Source of the DNA: Eledone cirrhosa
Lineage: Eukaryota
NCBI GenBank assembly: GCA_964016885.1
Contig: OZ024740.1
Location: 68,324,001 to 68,388,000 of the forward strand
Length of the DNA: 64,000 nt
Direction: 5' to 3'
The notes under the pieces are model-generated. The model saw nothing but the letters and a program-made list of their open reading frames with translations. It had not been told where the DNA came from and ran no database searches. Below are positions 11,878 to 24,350 of this stretch, piece by piece (positions within the stretch are counted from its first letter, which is position 1; the number at the start of each line of letters is the position of its first letter). Both the position numbers and the translations under genes were made by a program.

Positions 11878-11947
11878 TTACCATTGAATCCATCTATAAT
11901 CACCAACATTTTCGAAAAACATCAATTCATCTTCAGCCTCATTTGAT
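11878..11947 (-). CDS. Candidate short (possibly terminal) host exon
   Basis: Acceptor TTTACTGCTAG|, single open frame SNEAEDELMFFENVGDYRWIQW then TAA (or donor TG|GTAAAG); non-repetitive composition; protein not recognised. Confidence 0.3.
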
Positions 11948-12040
11948 CTAGCAGTAAATTTAAACATTTCAAAGAGTATTCAAACATGTACATCAATATA
12001 TTCCTTTAACTCACACGCACACATACAAATAAATATATAT

Positions 12041-12084
<44 letters not shown>

Positions 12085-12087
<3 letters not shown>

Positions 12088-12706
12088 TGGATGCCAACTC
12101 GGTTTCGAGTACGGCCACTACTTTATATCCACGTCGGAGAACCCCTACCGATGCGCTGAAAGAGTGTGACTTTTTAGTCCAGCCAGCGACATGAAAACTC
12201 TGGTACAAACACTACACTATATGTCAGGTCACCAGTTGGTGCTACTGGTAGCATGTATCCCAGTACAACCTGTCCCATGGTAGGGTCGTTGGCGACTAAA
12301 CTGGCAACCCCACCAAGGTTTCTTGGTGAGGAGGGTCACTATGGACATCCTGCAGGAAAAATATATATATATATGGTGGCTGCCAACTCGTTTTCGAGTA
12401 CGGCCACTACTTTATATCCATGTAGGAGAACCCCTACCGATGCGCTGAACGAGTGTGACTTTTTAGTCCAGCCAGTGACTTGAAAACTCTGGTACAAACA
12501 CTACAGTTGTGACAATTATTGACACATAGTGCTGGGCCCATGGTACCATGTGACGACAAGTGCAGAGAGATCTCCAGATATAAAGAAATGCCTGTGCCGT
12601 GAAGCTTTTATAGTGAGCAAAGGCACTGCACAAAGCCAGTCCCACTCTCTTAACCAAGATGATATTTACCAAAAAGAAGAACAAGTCAACATCATTGGAT
12701 AGCATC

Positions 12707-12710
<4 letters not shown>
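12085..12710 (+). mobile_element. Two related retroelement head fragments (RTE-like 5' region, tentative) sharing a 132-bp direct repeat
   Basis: 12085-12216 and 12374-12505 are near identical and each starts right after (TA)n; the intervening GGCGACTAAACTGGCAACCCC resembles RTE-type 5'UTR ends. Confidence 0.45.
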
Positions 12711-12744
<34 letters not shown>

Positions 12745-12833
12745 GTTATTCCGGGTTGAATCGGAGGTAACCACAGTAAGTAAGGTACTCAATACATTGC
12801 AGAGTATAACAGTTTTAATATAGATGAGCTTCT

Positions 12834-12880
12834 ACAGGACTAGAACTGTTTCATTCATTAGAAATCACCAGGAATCCTGT
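12834..12880 (-). ncRNA. Degenerate hammerhead-like motif
   Basis: ACAGGATT-C-CTGGTGA-TTTCTAATGAAT-GAAA-CAGTTC-T-AGTCCTGT; 8-bp stem I; core A6>G; a related decayed copy lies at about 6495-6550(+). Confidence 0.5.
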
Positions 12881-12914
12881 ATGTATGTATATATATATAT
12901 ATGCATACATACAA

Positions 12915-12978
<64 letters not shown>

Positions 12979-13445
12979 AACACACACACAAGCACATATA
13001 TATTTTAGATAGATAGATATATCAATATTCAGACTGGGTTTCCATGATAGTATTCATATATGCATACACACATGGACGCATGCATATATACAAACATCCA
13101 TACAAACATAGATACAAGCGTACATACGTACAAACATATATACATTCACACATACAAACAGCCAGACCGAAAGATATACTACATTTGCATATATGTTTGT
13201 ATGTGGAAAACATTCATATGAAGAACTATCTTTAACTTTCCACAGAATTGCATTTGTGATTGTCTTCCCGTATGCTATTAGTTGGCTGTACCTTATTTGT
13301 TATATGTTACTGTCATTTTTGTTGCTTTCTGCTGTTGCTGCTGTTATTGTTGTCACAAGAATGTCCCTACTGCAGCAGACCGTCGTAGCATTAATTCTCA
13401 AATAAGCAGAGATGAGTCATATCCATACTTACAACCCTAAAGCTT

Positions 13446-13546
<101 letters not shown>

Positions 13547-13572
13547 GTTTGCTGCCTCTCTCCCCTCCCTCA

Positions 13573-13718
<146 letters not shown>

Positions 13719-13807
13719 CTAAATTCCTCTTTCCTCCTTTCCCTCACTCTCCCTGTCTCTCTCTATATATATGTGTGTAAATGAGAGAGAGTTGGCGTAT
13801 GTGTGGT

Positions 13808-13892
<85 letters not shown>

Positions 13893-13961
13893 TATAAATA
13901 ATATAAATAATATTAATAATTATATATACATATAAAATATGAGGGACATGTATATATACAT

Positions 13962-13996
<35 letters not shown>

Positions 13997-13997
13997 C

Positions 13998-14086
<89 letters not shown>

Positions 14087-14097
14087 TATATATATAA

Positions 14098-14141
<44 letters not shown>

Positions 14142-14169
14142 TATAAATAATATAAATAATATAAATAAT

Positions 14170-14232
<63 letters not shown>

Positions 14233-14585
14233 ATATATACATATCCCTCATATTTTATATGTATATATAATTATTTATATATGTTTATATCCCTGTGGTA
14301 TCTTTTGGTTTACGTGATCGAGTTTCTTAACATACAACAAACCCATTTCTTAACATTAGACAGCTGATCCATCCACTGACATATTTCATTAAAATGGGCC
14401 TTCATCAGAATAACATCTAATCACACATTCTCATACACATACACAGCCGCGGACACCCACCTAGTTATACATCTCCATGCACATGCACGCATACACACAA
14501 ATGTATGTATGTATGCATGAATGCATGGAAGTATAGATATGTATATATATATATTTATATATATGGAAGTATATATATATACAAA

Positions 14586-14617
<32 letters not shown>

Positions 14618-15565
14618 AAAACATATATATATATGCGTGTGTGTTTATCTGTGTGTATATACTCCCACTCGTATATAAATATATATAAGTTGATAGGTAT
14701 GTATATCATATGCTGATATGGATTTCCGGTATTAGATGGGCATTATTTTTTCTGTTTTTTAACTCGTTTTAGGTGATGTATTTCAGAGTGTTGGTGTTTA
14801 CAGCTCGTCCTATATGACGGAGGCTATCAAATGAAACATTTATTAACAAAGTAAACAGTTAATTAATATGAATATATGTACACTACGCTAGATTGTCCGA
14901 GAATATAAATTTTATATTTTTCGATATAGATATGTGTAGAACTCTGCTCTTTGTTATATTAATGTCCTTCCATCCATTCTTATGACTCTATATGTTAAGG
15001 GCTCTTAATAACATATAAAGTGATATGGATGTTCTCATGATATTTGAACCCTAGCGAATCAATTTCTCTCCACGGTTGAAAACAGCAGACATCTTCCAAA
15101 TAAATAGAACAAGGGAGAGAGAGAAAGAGAGAGACTGAGAAAGGGAAAGAGAGAGATGGGTGTGAAATAAAAAAAAGAGAAAGAGAAAGTGAGAGATGGA
15201 GAAACAGATAGGTATATCTAGATAGATATCTAGATAGACATATAGATAGATATATATAGGGAGAGAGAAAGATAGAGAGAGAGAAATAGAGATATATCGA
15301 GAGAGAGAAAGAGAGATAGATAGATAACTTTCTATTTATTTGCCACCAGGGCATCAAAGATTGGGACAAATACAAGGGGGAAGTTTACATATATTTCAAA
15401 GGACGTGTAAAAACATATAACAAATCAAATTCAACAATCGAAGTCCTCAATAGGGAGGGGCGTTGACGTGGGTCGCAGACACCCCCGAAAAAATGATGAA
15501 CCCCCCTCCTCAGGAGCACAAAGAGCAGGTGCTCCCTTCCTCTCCTCCTTCTTCTCCTCTCTCAC

Positions 15566-18500
15566 CTATAGGCTGATATAGAGAGAAGGCCCATTCACTC
15601 GGGCCATTCTCGCCACTTTCACCCAACTTTCATAAAACTTGCTGGGGTAGAGCACCTCTCTCCTCATTCTGATCCTTCTTCTAAAATGGTACTTGAAAAA
15701 AAGGACCAGTTGTTGGTCGGAGAGAAAAGTGTCTGACCTGAGGCCTTTCAACTTCGTCCACCATACAACCTGTTTCGCCATAGCTATCACACAGAGGAAA
15801 ACCGCCTCTCCTTCGTTTTTGAAGGGGAGAGGCAGTTTGCTCGTGACAATGTGGTCAACCGGATTGGTCCCACCCGCGACAGTACTCGGTCCACATAGCC
15901 CCACAGGTCAGCAACGCCCGGGAAGTGTACGAATGCGTGCGCGACGGTTTCATCGTCACGCACGCATCTCGGACAGATCTTCTTCGAGGGGTTACCCACG
16001 CGCCCGTGTCTGTAGAGCTTGTCTCGATCGGGTAGAGCTCCTAGGTTGCCTGCCAAGCCTGTGTCTTTTGGAAGTTGTCTATCGGACCCGGGCCAAACGT
16101 CCTACCGAACAGACTGGCTAGCTCGTCTTCCTCCATGCCCAGAGCCTCTCCGAGGAGCGTCGTCGCACTTACTGCGCACCAACCCTCTATAGAATGAGGT
16201 TGAGGCTCCTCTGATTGCCGGATCTGATTGCCGGATCCGCTGCCAGAGGGCTGTGAGCGCCTGAACACATTCAATGTGCCAGTCGCCCACTTTTCTCGGA
16301 CTTTGCTTGACCCAGGATTGCAGCTGACCGGCTGACCGGTGAAGAGTGCCTGGAGGTGCCGTAGCCTTAATGCGTGTCTACGCATCGTCTGCCACGGCAA
16401 TCCCAGCCCTCCGTTCGAAGCGGGTTGACAGCAGAGGGATTTTTTCACAAAAGGGGCCCGCTCCTTCCAAAGGAATCGGAAGAGCGCGGGCTCCATTTTG
16501 GCGAGCATTCTCGCTGGGCAAGGCACGACGGTCAAGCGGTAGTAGATGACGGACATTATATAAGTGTTCGTCACTCCCGCCCGACCTTTCAGGGATAGTT
16601 TGCACTCGGCCCACATCTTGGCGAGTGCAAACACCCTGCCGGCTACCTCGTCCCAGTGTTTCTCCACCTGGAGGTCCGGTCCGAACCAGACCCCAAGTAG
16701 CTTCAATGGTCCCTCCGTCCAGCGTCGGACGACGCCGTCGGAGGGCATCGGTTTGCCTCTTCACGTCCCGAGTTGCAAACCGACGGACTTGTCTCGGTTC
16801 AGGTTGGCTCCTGGAAACCTTTCGTATTCCTCCAGTGAGGTGCCGATCTGCCCGATTTCCGAGGCGCACGCCATCATTAGTGTCACGTCATCGGCGTAGG
16901 CCGACACCGCTTTCCGCAATCCCGGTTCCAAGGGGATTCCATGCAACAGCTCCAACTTCAGCAGTAATGGCTCGAAAGCCAGCACATACAGAGGGGAGGA
17001 GAGAGGGCATCCCTGTCGGATGGATCGCGCGATTTGGAACGGCTCCGAGAGGTAGCCGTTCACCTTGACCCACGAGCAGGTGTTGCTGCTGTGCATTTCA
17101 GCAATCCAGCCCCTGAAAACGGGTCCGAAATCTGCCGCCGCGAGCACCGCATCCAGGTACCGATGGTCGACCCTATCGAACGCATTGGACCGATCCTAGT
17201 TGATCAGGGCCCCACCAAAGCCATGTTCGTCGAAGCCTCTCTACGATGTATCGCATGAGGTGGAGGTTGTCGTGTATGGACCTGGACGGGATTGCGCATG
17301 TCTGCGCTTCTCCCACCAGGTTGCCGACGACAAGCGCCAACCTCTTCGCTAACACCTTGGCCAAAATCTTTAACTCTGTGTTTAGCAGAATTATGGGCCT
17401 GAGGTTATTTATGTCATCCCCCTTGTTCTCGTCCTTCCTCACCAGCGAGACTACGCCCTTGGTCACAGAACTGGAAATTCTCCCGTTCTGTTGTCAGTTG
17501 CAGTAGACCGTCTCGAGGAGATCGAAGTATACGTCCGGCATCGCTACATAAATTTCGTATGGTAGACCATCGAGACCGGAAGTTTTGCGTTTGCCGCATA
17601 GGCTCAGCGCTTCCCCTATTTCAGCGGCTGAAATCGGCCTTTCGCAGGACTTAGCCTCCCCGTCAGAGAGCCGCGGGAGACCATCGAGGTATGGACCGAA
17701 ATCCATGGCCTCACCCGGCCCTCACCCCTCGCGAACAATCGTGCATAGCGCCGGTGAAAGACGCGCACATCCGCTCAGGTTCAAGGATCGCGCATCCATC
17801 CTGGTCCTTCAAGACCGAATCGTGGACTTGTTTCCACAGATTGCCTCTGTCACTCGGGCCCAGCTAACAGCTTTGGCTCCTTCGTTACCCAGAGCACGTA
17901 TTTTACTCCTGACAACATAGCCCTCGTGCTTCGCGTCAAAGAACTGGTCTAGGGCCGTTCTTGACGCCAGCACGCCGGCCATGTTGCCCCTCCCAATCGC
18001 CTTTTCTACTTTACCTATCAATACCCTTTCAGTTCTATTCCTATCTGATGCTAATTCCTCACTAAAACCTACCGATTCTATTCTAATTTCTCTCTTGAGA
18101 GAGCCCCACCACCTGCTGTTGACGATTGCCCCCGTCAACCGCTGCTTAACTAGAGTGCTAATTCGCTATCTGTAAGCTTTGTTTGTCGGTAAGGACAAGT
18201 TTAGCTTCTAGTAGCGAGACGTTCCCAGAAAAGTCTGTAAGCGCTGGAAGAAGTCCGGTCGCGGTGTCCCAGATAGGGCATACGCTGCCACCAGCCTGAA
18301 GGCTCCACCTTCACTACTGCCTACGTCTAGAACCACCAGTAGACCCTCCGGGTCCAGGTGAACCTTCCGTGTTGCGAGGCCCAGGTGTTTTCGCAGCAAA
18401 ACGACCACCCCGCCCCCACCCCCAGCAGACAGAGAGATGCATAGATCTCAAAGTCGTCGAAGATGGGGGCCAGTTAGTGCTCGCTGCTGATCCTGGACTC

Positions 18501-18614
18501 GCAAATAGCAATTACATCCATTCTGTGCGAGCTGAGGTCATTTAAGAGTTTGCCCTGCTTCCAGGACATCCCCAGGCCGCGCACATTTAAACATCCAACT
18601 CTCATAACAGCCAT
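15566..18614 (-). pseudogene. ORF2 (APE endonuclease - RT - CCHC), multiple frameshifts and an internal deletion
   Basis: ORF fragments 18474, 18208, 17809, 17494, 17173, 16761, 16041 and 15566 are colinear with ORF2 at 26481-29899. Confidence 0.9.
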
Positions 18615-18629
18615 GTTGGTGGTGAAAAG

Positions 18630-20320
18630 TTTAGAGTGGAGAAAAAGGAAAATACACATATCTGTCCTTCTCCTGGGGACCAGGCTGCACAATTTCCATG
18701 GCGGTGCGGCGGGGTTGTTTGGTGGGGCGGTGGTTTGGAATGTGGTGGGGACATCAGCGTGTGGTGTGTGTGTGGAGGGGGACATTTCAAGAGGACGCGT
18801 TTGCTAGGTCTAGTACAGGGGTTCCCCACGTCCTCGGGAAACTTCTGTTTGAGCATTGCGTAGTTGTCCCTTGGGACCCTAATCATCTTTAAATGCAGTT
18901 TAGTCGCCGCGTTGGTGAACATTTTCCCTTCGGTTTCCACCGAAGAGTCTTTGTCTATTGTTTGCACAAGTGTTTTGTTGTTTGTGTTGATGTATGTATA
19001 CTGTTTTTGTTGTGTTGTGTTTGTTTTTGTTTGTTGTTCTTGTGTGTGATTGCGTTTTGTAGTATGTGTTATGTTTTCGGGAGGGGTGGGTTTTTTTGTT
19101 TGTGATGTTTGTTCTGTTTGTGCTGGCGGTTGTGTGTTTGTTACATTTTTGTTAATTAGGTGCCTTCTTTTCTTTCTTTTTACAGGTTGAAAGGGTTCTC
19201 CCTCGTCGTCACTGGGTGACGTTGATAAGGTTCCTCGTCCGTGTTGTTAGGGAGGGGTATATTTTGGGATTTTGTTGTGGTTGCTTTTGTATGTGTTTTA
19301 GGTGGAGAGGGGTTGGGTGGGACAGTGTCTTGTGTTGTTCTTTTTTCGTGTTGTTGTTGTGGTAGTGGTGATGGTGGTGGTGGTTGTGTTGTTGTGTGTG
19401 GGGTGGGCATAAGCGTCTTATTTTTTTTTGGGGGGGGCACTTAAAAGGGAACAGGAAGCCCTCAGATGACCACTTCTTGAACAGTGATAGCATGAAGCCC
19501 GCCTGCCCTCAACAGAAATGTGTATGAAGGCGACTCCATCCAGGGACACACGCTGCGGTATTCTTGCTATCCGTTCTGGTCTCATTTGGACCAGAACTTC
19601 AAGGCTATTGCCACCGAATACGCCACCGGTGGATTCGCCTATCGAAAGGATTGTGTCCTTATCTTCTAAGAATCCCGTTAGCACGCCCCAAATGCTCGCA
19701 TTTGGCCTGATGCCCGAGATTCTTATCTTTTGAGTTCTTTTCCCCAAATATGTGGGGAAAAAGATGTATGCTTTGGATACAATTGGCGACACAGAATATT
19801 TCCGTGCCGCCAATTCATCTTGTATTAAAACAGATATGCTTCCATACAGTTTCCCTTTCTGTATGAAAGCGATATCCTTTCAGACACTACTTAGGACCAT
19901 CTCAATTTCGCTTTGGGACAATTGAACCGGTTTATTAGTCGTGTTCGAAACTGTCCAAAAATTTACAGTCCTGAAGACTGTGTCCCTTCTAATTTCTTCG
20001 GGTGAGGTAATTGTGAATTCCTCAGCTTCCCCGAAATTTACATAATTCCTTGCTTCTTTCAGCAAATTCTTGGCATTCGAGATGTCAAGAAGCTTGTATG
20101 TCTGCGTTTCTCGAACCGCCTGTGCGAAGGACACTGCAGCTGTGGGTCCGTTTACTTTCGTGTTGTTATCATTGTTGTTGTTGTTATTCGTGTTGGCTTG
20201 CTTTTTTCCTTTGTTAGTGTTGTCATTATTGCTGTTGTTGGTCGTGTTGTTATTGTCATTGTTGTTTTGTTTGTGTAATTGTTACTTTGGGGGTTTTCAC
20301 CCATGTCCACAACTTTTCTT
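18630..20320 (-). pseudogene. ORF1 (gag-like, zinc knuckle) of family B
   Basis: SFAQAV, ISVEGRRASCYHC...H...C and C-terminal YAMLKQKFPEDVG motifs align with ORF1 of the + strand copies. Confidence 0.75.
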
Positions 20321-20836
20321 TTGATTCCGTGGTATCTTTTGCGGAAGTGAGGAAGGAAGGCTTACATCATTGTGCTGCTACCTTCTCTCTATCACTTTCC
20401 TTGGGGGGGGCGTGGCATGCGTCGTATTAATGGCGGCCATTACGCCTAAACGTCTTTTTATTGACAACTTATAACTATTAAATTTCGCCCCAAATAGGGG
20501 CGAAATTTATTTTTCGTAACGTCTGCAGGCCCAGGCGAGGGGTTAAACACAACAAATAACAAATTACTTAAACAGACCTACCGCTTCTCTTAATAAATTC
20601 AGACAAAACGCAGGAGCGAAACAAAAACATGTCTATCTTCTTCGAGATAGAGGGATAGATAGACAGATAAAGGGAGGGAGAGGGAGAGTCAGACAGACAG
20701 GAGGAACTGAAAATATGATTGGAATTAACCTTTGTTCATCGCACACGAAAGATGTAAATAACAATTTTAGTTGGTCGTAATTAGATTACAGAGTGACGGA
20801 ACGAATAGTGCAAATATATATATATATATATATATA

Positions 20837-21410
20837 GCTGTATATAGCTATGGTGCGGCCACACTTAGAATTAGCATCACCAGTCTGGAAGCCCTCTCTT
20901 GCTCAGAAAATTGACTACCTGAAAACTGTTCAGAGACGGGCAACCAAGCGAGTACCCTACATTAGGCGTCTACCATACTCTGAACGCCTTGCTTCCCTGG
21001 GCATGGATACATTGAAGCTCTGACGTCTGGCAACTGACTTGGTAAATACCCACAATATTATTAACCATCTTGCCAACAAAAACCCTGAGCACCGTTTGGA
21101 TTTCCATGTGTTTAACACAGGTGGGCATGGCTACAAAGTCAGTAAACAGCACGGCTCCCACGACTTTCGGAAACATTTTTCACGCTCAGGGTTGCTGTAG
21201 GAAGCAACAAACTACCTGCATTAGTTGTTAACTGTCGAGATACTGCATCCTTTAAAACCTCTATGCTTCCTGTGATTTGCCAACACTACACCTGATGTGC
21301 CCCCTCCATACGCACGCATATAATGTGTTTCGTGACTCGTACACTGTTCATTTTTCTGACATTTGTACATCATTCTATGTACTATACATGCACCTTTGAT
21401 GAGTTGTAGT
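20837..21410 (+). mobile_element. 3' fragment of a CR1-clade LINE
   Basis: Translates VRPHLELASPVW...LKTVQRRATKRVP...YSERL..LG..TL..R...DL, then TGGHGYKV...RKHFFTLRV, the typical CR1 C-terminus, with stops. Confidence 0.8.
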
Positions 21411-21606
21411 GCGGCGGATTGGCAGTGTCGGTAGAGAGTCGGACACCATGCTTTGAATCATAGAGTTACATCCTTTTCTGATCTGAGTTCAAATCCCGCC
21501 GAGGTTAACTTTGCCTTTCATCCTTACGGGGTCGATAAAATAAAGTACCAGTAATGCACTGGGTGATTGCTGGCCTTGTGCCTAAAGTAGAAACAATTAT
21601 TATTAC
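21411..21606 (+). mobile_element. SINE family S1 copy ending in a (TTA)n tail
   Basis: A-box-like TGGCAGTGTCGG, B-box GAGTTCAAATCC, conserved core, tail AGAAACAATTATTATTA. Confidence 0.85.
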
Positions 21607-21608
21607 AG

Positions 21609-22511
21609 TTGCATTTATCTTGCTTTATGTTCATACGAGATATCACCAAGTCACAAACAGTGACCTTAAGAGACAACAAGGTCCACCATGTTCAAGAAAG
21701 AACATACATACACACACATGTATCTTTAGGTGTTTAGACTTGTGATGTACTTATATTGACAGATTCTTCCTTAGTATATGGGCAGTTCCAATTAGTACTA
21801 TCTTTTTTTAATTTCTTCTATACGCGGGTTTCTGGGATTTGCGATAAGTAATCATTAGACATCTAGATGGTATTGTTTTAGTTCTCAATTGCCACATTTT
21901 TCCAATTTCTGTCTCCAGGTCCTTATACTTGCTCAATTTTTCAAATGTTTTTATAGATACATTCTTGTCTATTGTAACGGACATATCAATTAGTAGGCAT
22001 ACCCTCTTTTTAAAGGCCTTCAGTATTATATCAGGTCTATTTGCATCTATTTTTCGGTCTGTTTGGATGCTAAAGTTCCACAAGATTGAGATGTGATCTT
22101 TTTCAAGTACGGGAGGTTGTTGATTCTCCCACCAATTCTTTTAATGTGGCAGGTCAAAATGCTTACACATTATCCAATGTATGTATTGTGCAGCTCTGGC
22201 ATGCATGTTTAGGTATTCGGTTGGAGCTATATGACTGCACATTGAAATTATATGATCAATGGTCTCTGCTTGTTTTTTTACATACACGGCATAATGGTTT
22301 GCATCCATTTTTTATTATTTTGGCTTGATCATTTTTTGTTGGCAGACACTGATCATGTGCTGATAAAATCCTTTTGATGCCAACCACTGATGTGTTAAAA
22401 TGTTGTCAACATCAGGATGGTTAGCTCTTTCTGGATTCTCAACATCAGGATTGTTAGCTTTTCTTGCCATTTCTTAGCCAGTTTCTTTAGCAGTTCGTTC
22501 TTTGCATAACA
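21609..22511 (-). mobile_element. R4/Dong-like non-LTR element family D2, 3' fragment with deletions
   Basis: RLE motif WNFSIQTDRKIDANRPDIILK...LIDMSV; 3'UTR nearly identical to 40554-40693. Confidence 0.85.
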
Positions 22512-22526
22512 GTTTTTATTATTATT

Positions 22527-24110
22527 GTTCTCTGAGTCTCAGTCATTGATGTTATTTAACAGGAAAGTTTGCTGAAATGAATATCAAACCGCAACCTGCA
22601 GCCTCAGATATTCAGGACGTATCGGAGGATTCTTTCTGTTCCCAGCAAGCATGTCCTTTGAAGTGTTCCAAAAGGCGGGGCTGGACTAATCATCTTTAAC
22701 CATCCTTGGAAACTCTTTGAGATTGTACCTAGTGTGCTTATGACAATCGGGACGACCTTGATTTCATGGTAGTTACAAATCCTTTTTACATCCCATTTTA
22801 AGTCTTGGTATCGGTTACTTTATCCCACTCCTTTTCTTGCACTCTCGTGTCAAATGGGCAGGCTACATCTACAATCAGGCACGATCGTTTTTTCTTGTCC
22901 AAAACCAACAGGACAGGCCTATTGTGTTCTAATTTCTTGTCCGTCAGTATCCTAAAATCCCACAGCACTTTCACCTAATCGTTTTCTATCACCAGCTCTG
23001 GATTATTCTCGTACCACTTCTCAGAATGTGGTAAATTGCATAGGTTCCAGTGGATCAGCCTGCTCATCACATCATGTCACCAGTCTTTATAGTGAATCTG
23101 GGCTAGGTGCTTACACTCGGATACAACGTGAGCCACAGTCTCCTCCCTCTCTCTCCACAGATCCTACACAGTGCGCTAGCCTCCTCGTTGTAAATATGGT
23201 GTTTCACCCAGTTCGTTCTGAGGGCCTGCTCTTGCGCAGCTATTAGCATTCCTTCTGTAGCCGTTTTAAGGTCTCCTCTTTTTAACCAGTTCCATGTCTG
23301 TGGATCTCTAAATTCAGTTTTCTTAAAGAAGGTACTATGAAGGGATTTCTCATTAAGGTTGCTCTTCCTCCTTGTTGTTATTTCCTCCTTAGACATCCTA
23401 TGGTCTATTGTCTTCTCCTTCAGTACAATTCTGAGCATTGGCTCCCTACTGTCAGTCACGTATTTGTGCAGGTTGTTTTTCGCCATCTCAACACAGTCCT
23501 CTATGCTGATAAGACCTCTTCCACCTTCAGATTTATTTATGTAGACTCTATCGACATCAATTCTCTTGTGGAACATGTTGTAGATAGTCAATAGCTTCCT
23601 AGTCTTCCTATCCATTTCTTTTTGTTCAGCAATATTCCATCTCAGAATTCCCGCACTGTACCAAATAATAGACACAGCTCGGGAATTCACTGCACTTATG
23701 ACATTCCTACTATTTAGATGTGATTTTAATACGCTCCTTACTCTCCTAATGTACTCAGACCTCATCAATTCCTTCATTTTTTTTATCTTAATGTCATCTG
23801 CCTCCAGAACACCTAAATATTGGTATCCTTCTTCAGTGTCAATTTCCTTTAACATCTCACTTGTCGGTACTTGGATTCCGTTGCTTCTGCCCAATTTACC
23901 CCTCTTAATAACTAGGACTCCAGAATTAATACCAAAGTGCATACATATATCATTGCAGAAAATACGGACAGTGTCAACAAGTACATCCAACTCTTTCTCA
24001 CTCTTCCCAAAGAGTTTAAGATCGTCCATGAAGAGGAGGTGGTTGATGGTAAGCTCTCTTTTTCCCAAATTGTATCCTGCTCTCACCTTTCGAAAGATAA
24101 CGGTCAGGGG
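22527..24110 (-). mobile_element. R4/Dong-like element family D1, 5'-truncated, bracketed by (TAA)n
   Basis: INHLLFMDDLKLF, YLGVLE, GGRGL, AAQEQAL, CRICGE and RLE domain; TTA tracts at 22515-22526 and 24111-24135. Confidence 0.9.
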
Positions 24111-24350
24111 TATTATTATTATTATTATTATTATTGAATGCCATGGTTGACGGAGGCTCGGCTCTGTAAGGTATAGTAATTTTTAACCGTTAAAACAATT
24201 GTAAATTGTTTAAAACTTGAACCAAATTGTTAATAAAGACACCCTCCTCCTCGTGAGAGGGGTCTTTCTGTCCGTTATTTGGCCCTTCGGGGTTAAATAA
24301 CCAGTTATTGGGGTTTTGTACCCAAAATTTCATTTTAAACAAAAAACAAC

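Larger units (their letters stand above)
15327..20643 (-). mobile_element. Full-length decayed Tx1/L1-clade LINE (family B) in a (TCTA)n/(TC)n tract
   Basis: ORF1 pieces with CYHCSRSGHLRASC knuckle; ORF2 pieces with APE (GCLNVRGL...AICES), RT (RQGCPLS, AYADDV) and C-terminal CPRC...ETVAH; AATAAA near the 3' end; GA/GATA-rich flanks on both sides. Confidence 0.9.

Noticed and set aside
12085-12505. LTR pair or CRISPR-like direct repeats
   Set aside because: Only two units, each starting after its own (TA)n run, with no PBS/PPT or internal LTR-element coding. This is eukaryotic DNA with no cas genes.
14325-14417. Exon-like frame VILMKAHFNEICQWMDQLSNVKKW
   Set aside because: It overlaps a hammerhead relic (CTGATGAAGGCCC...GAAATATGTC) near (TA)n, and the acceptor is weak.
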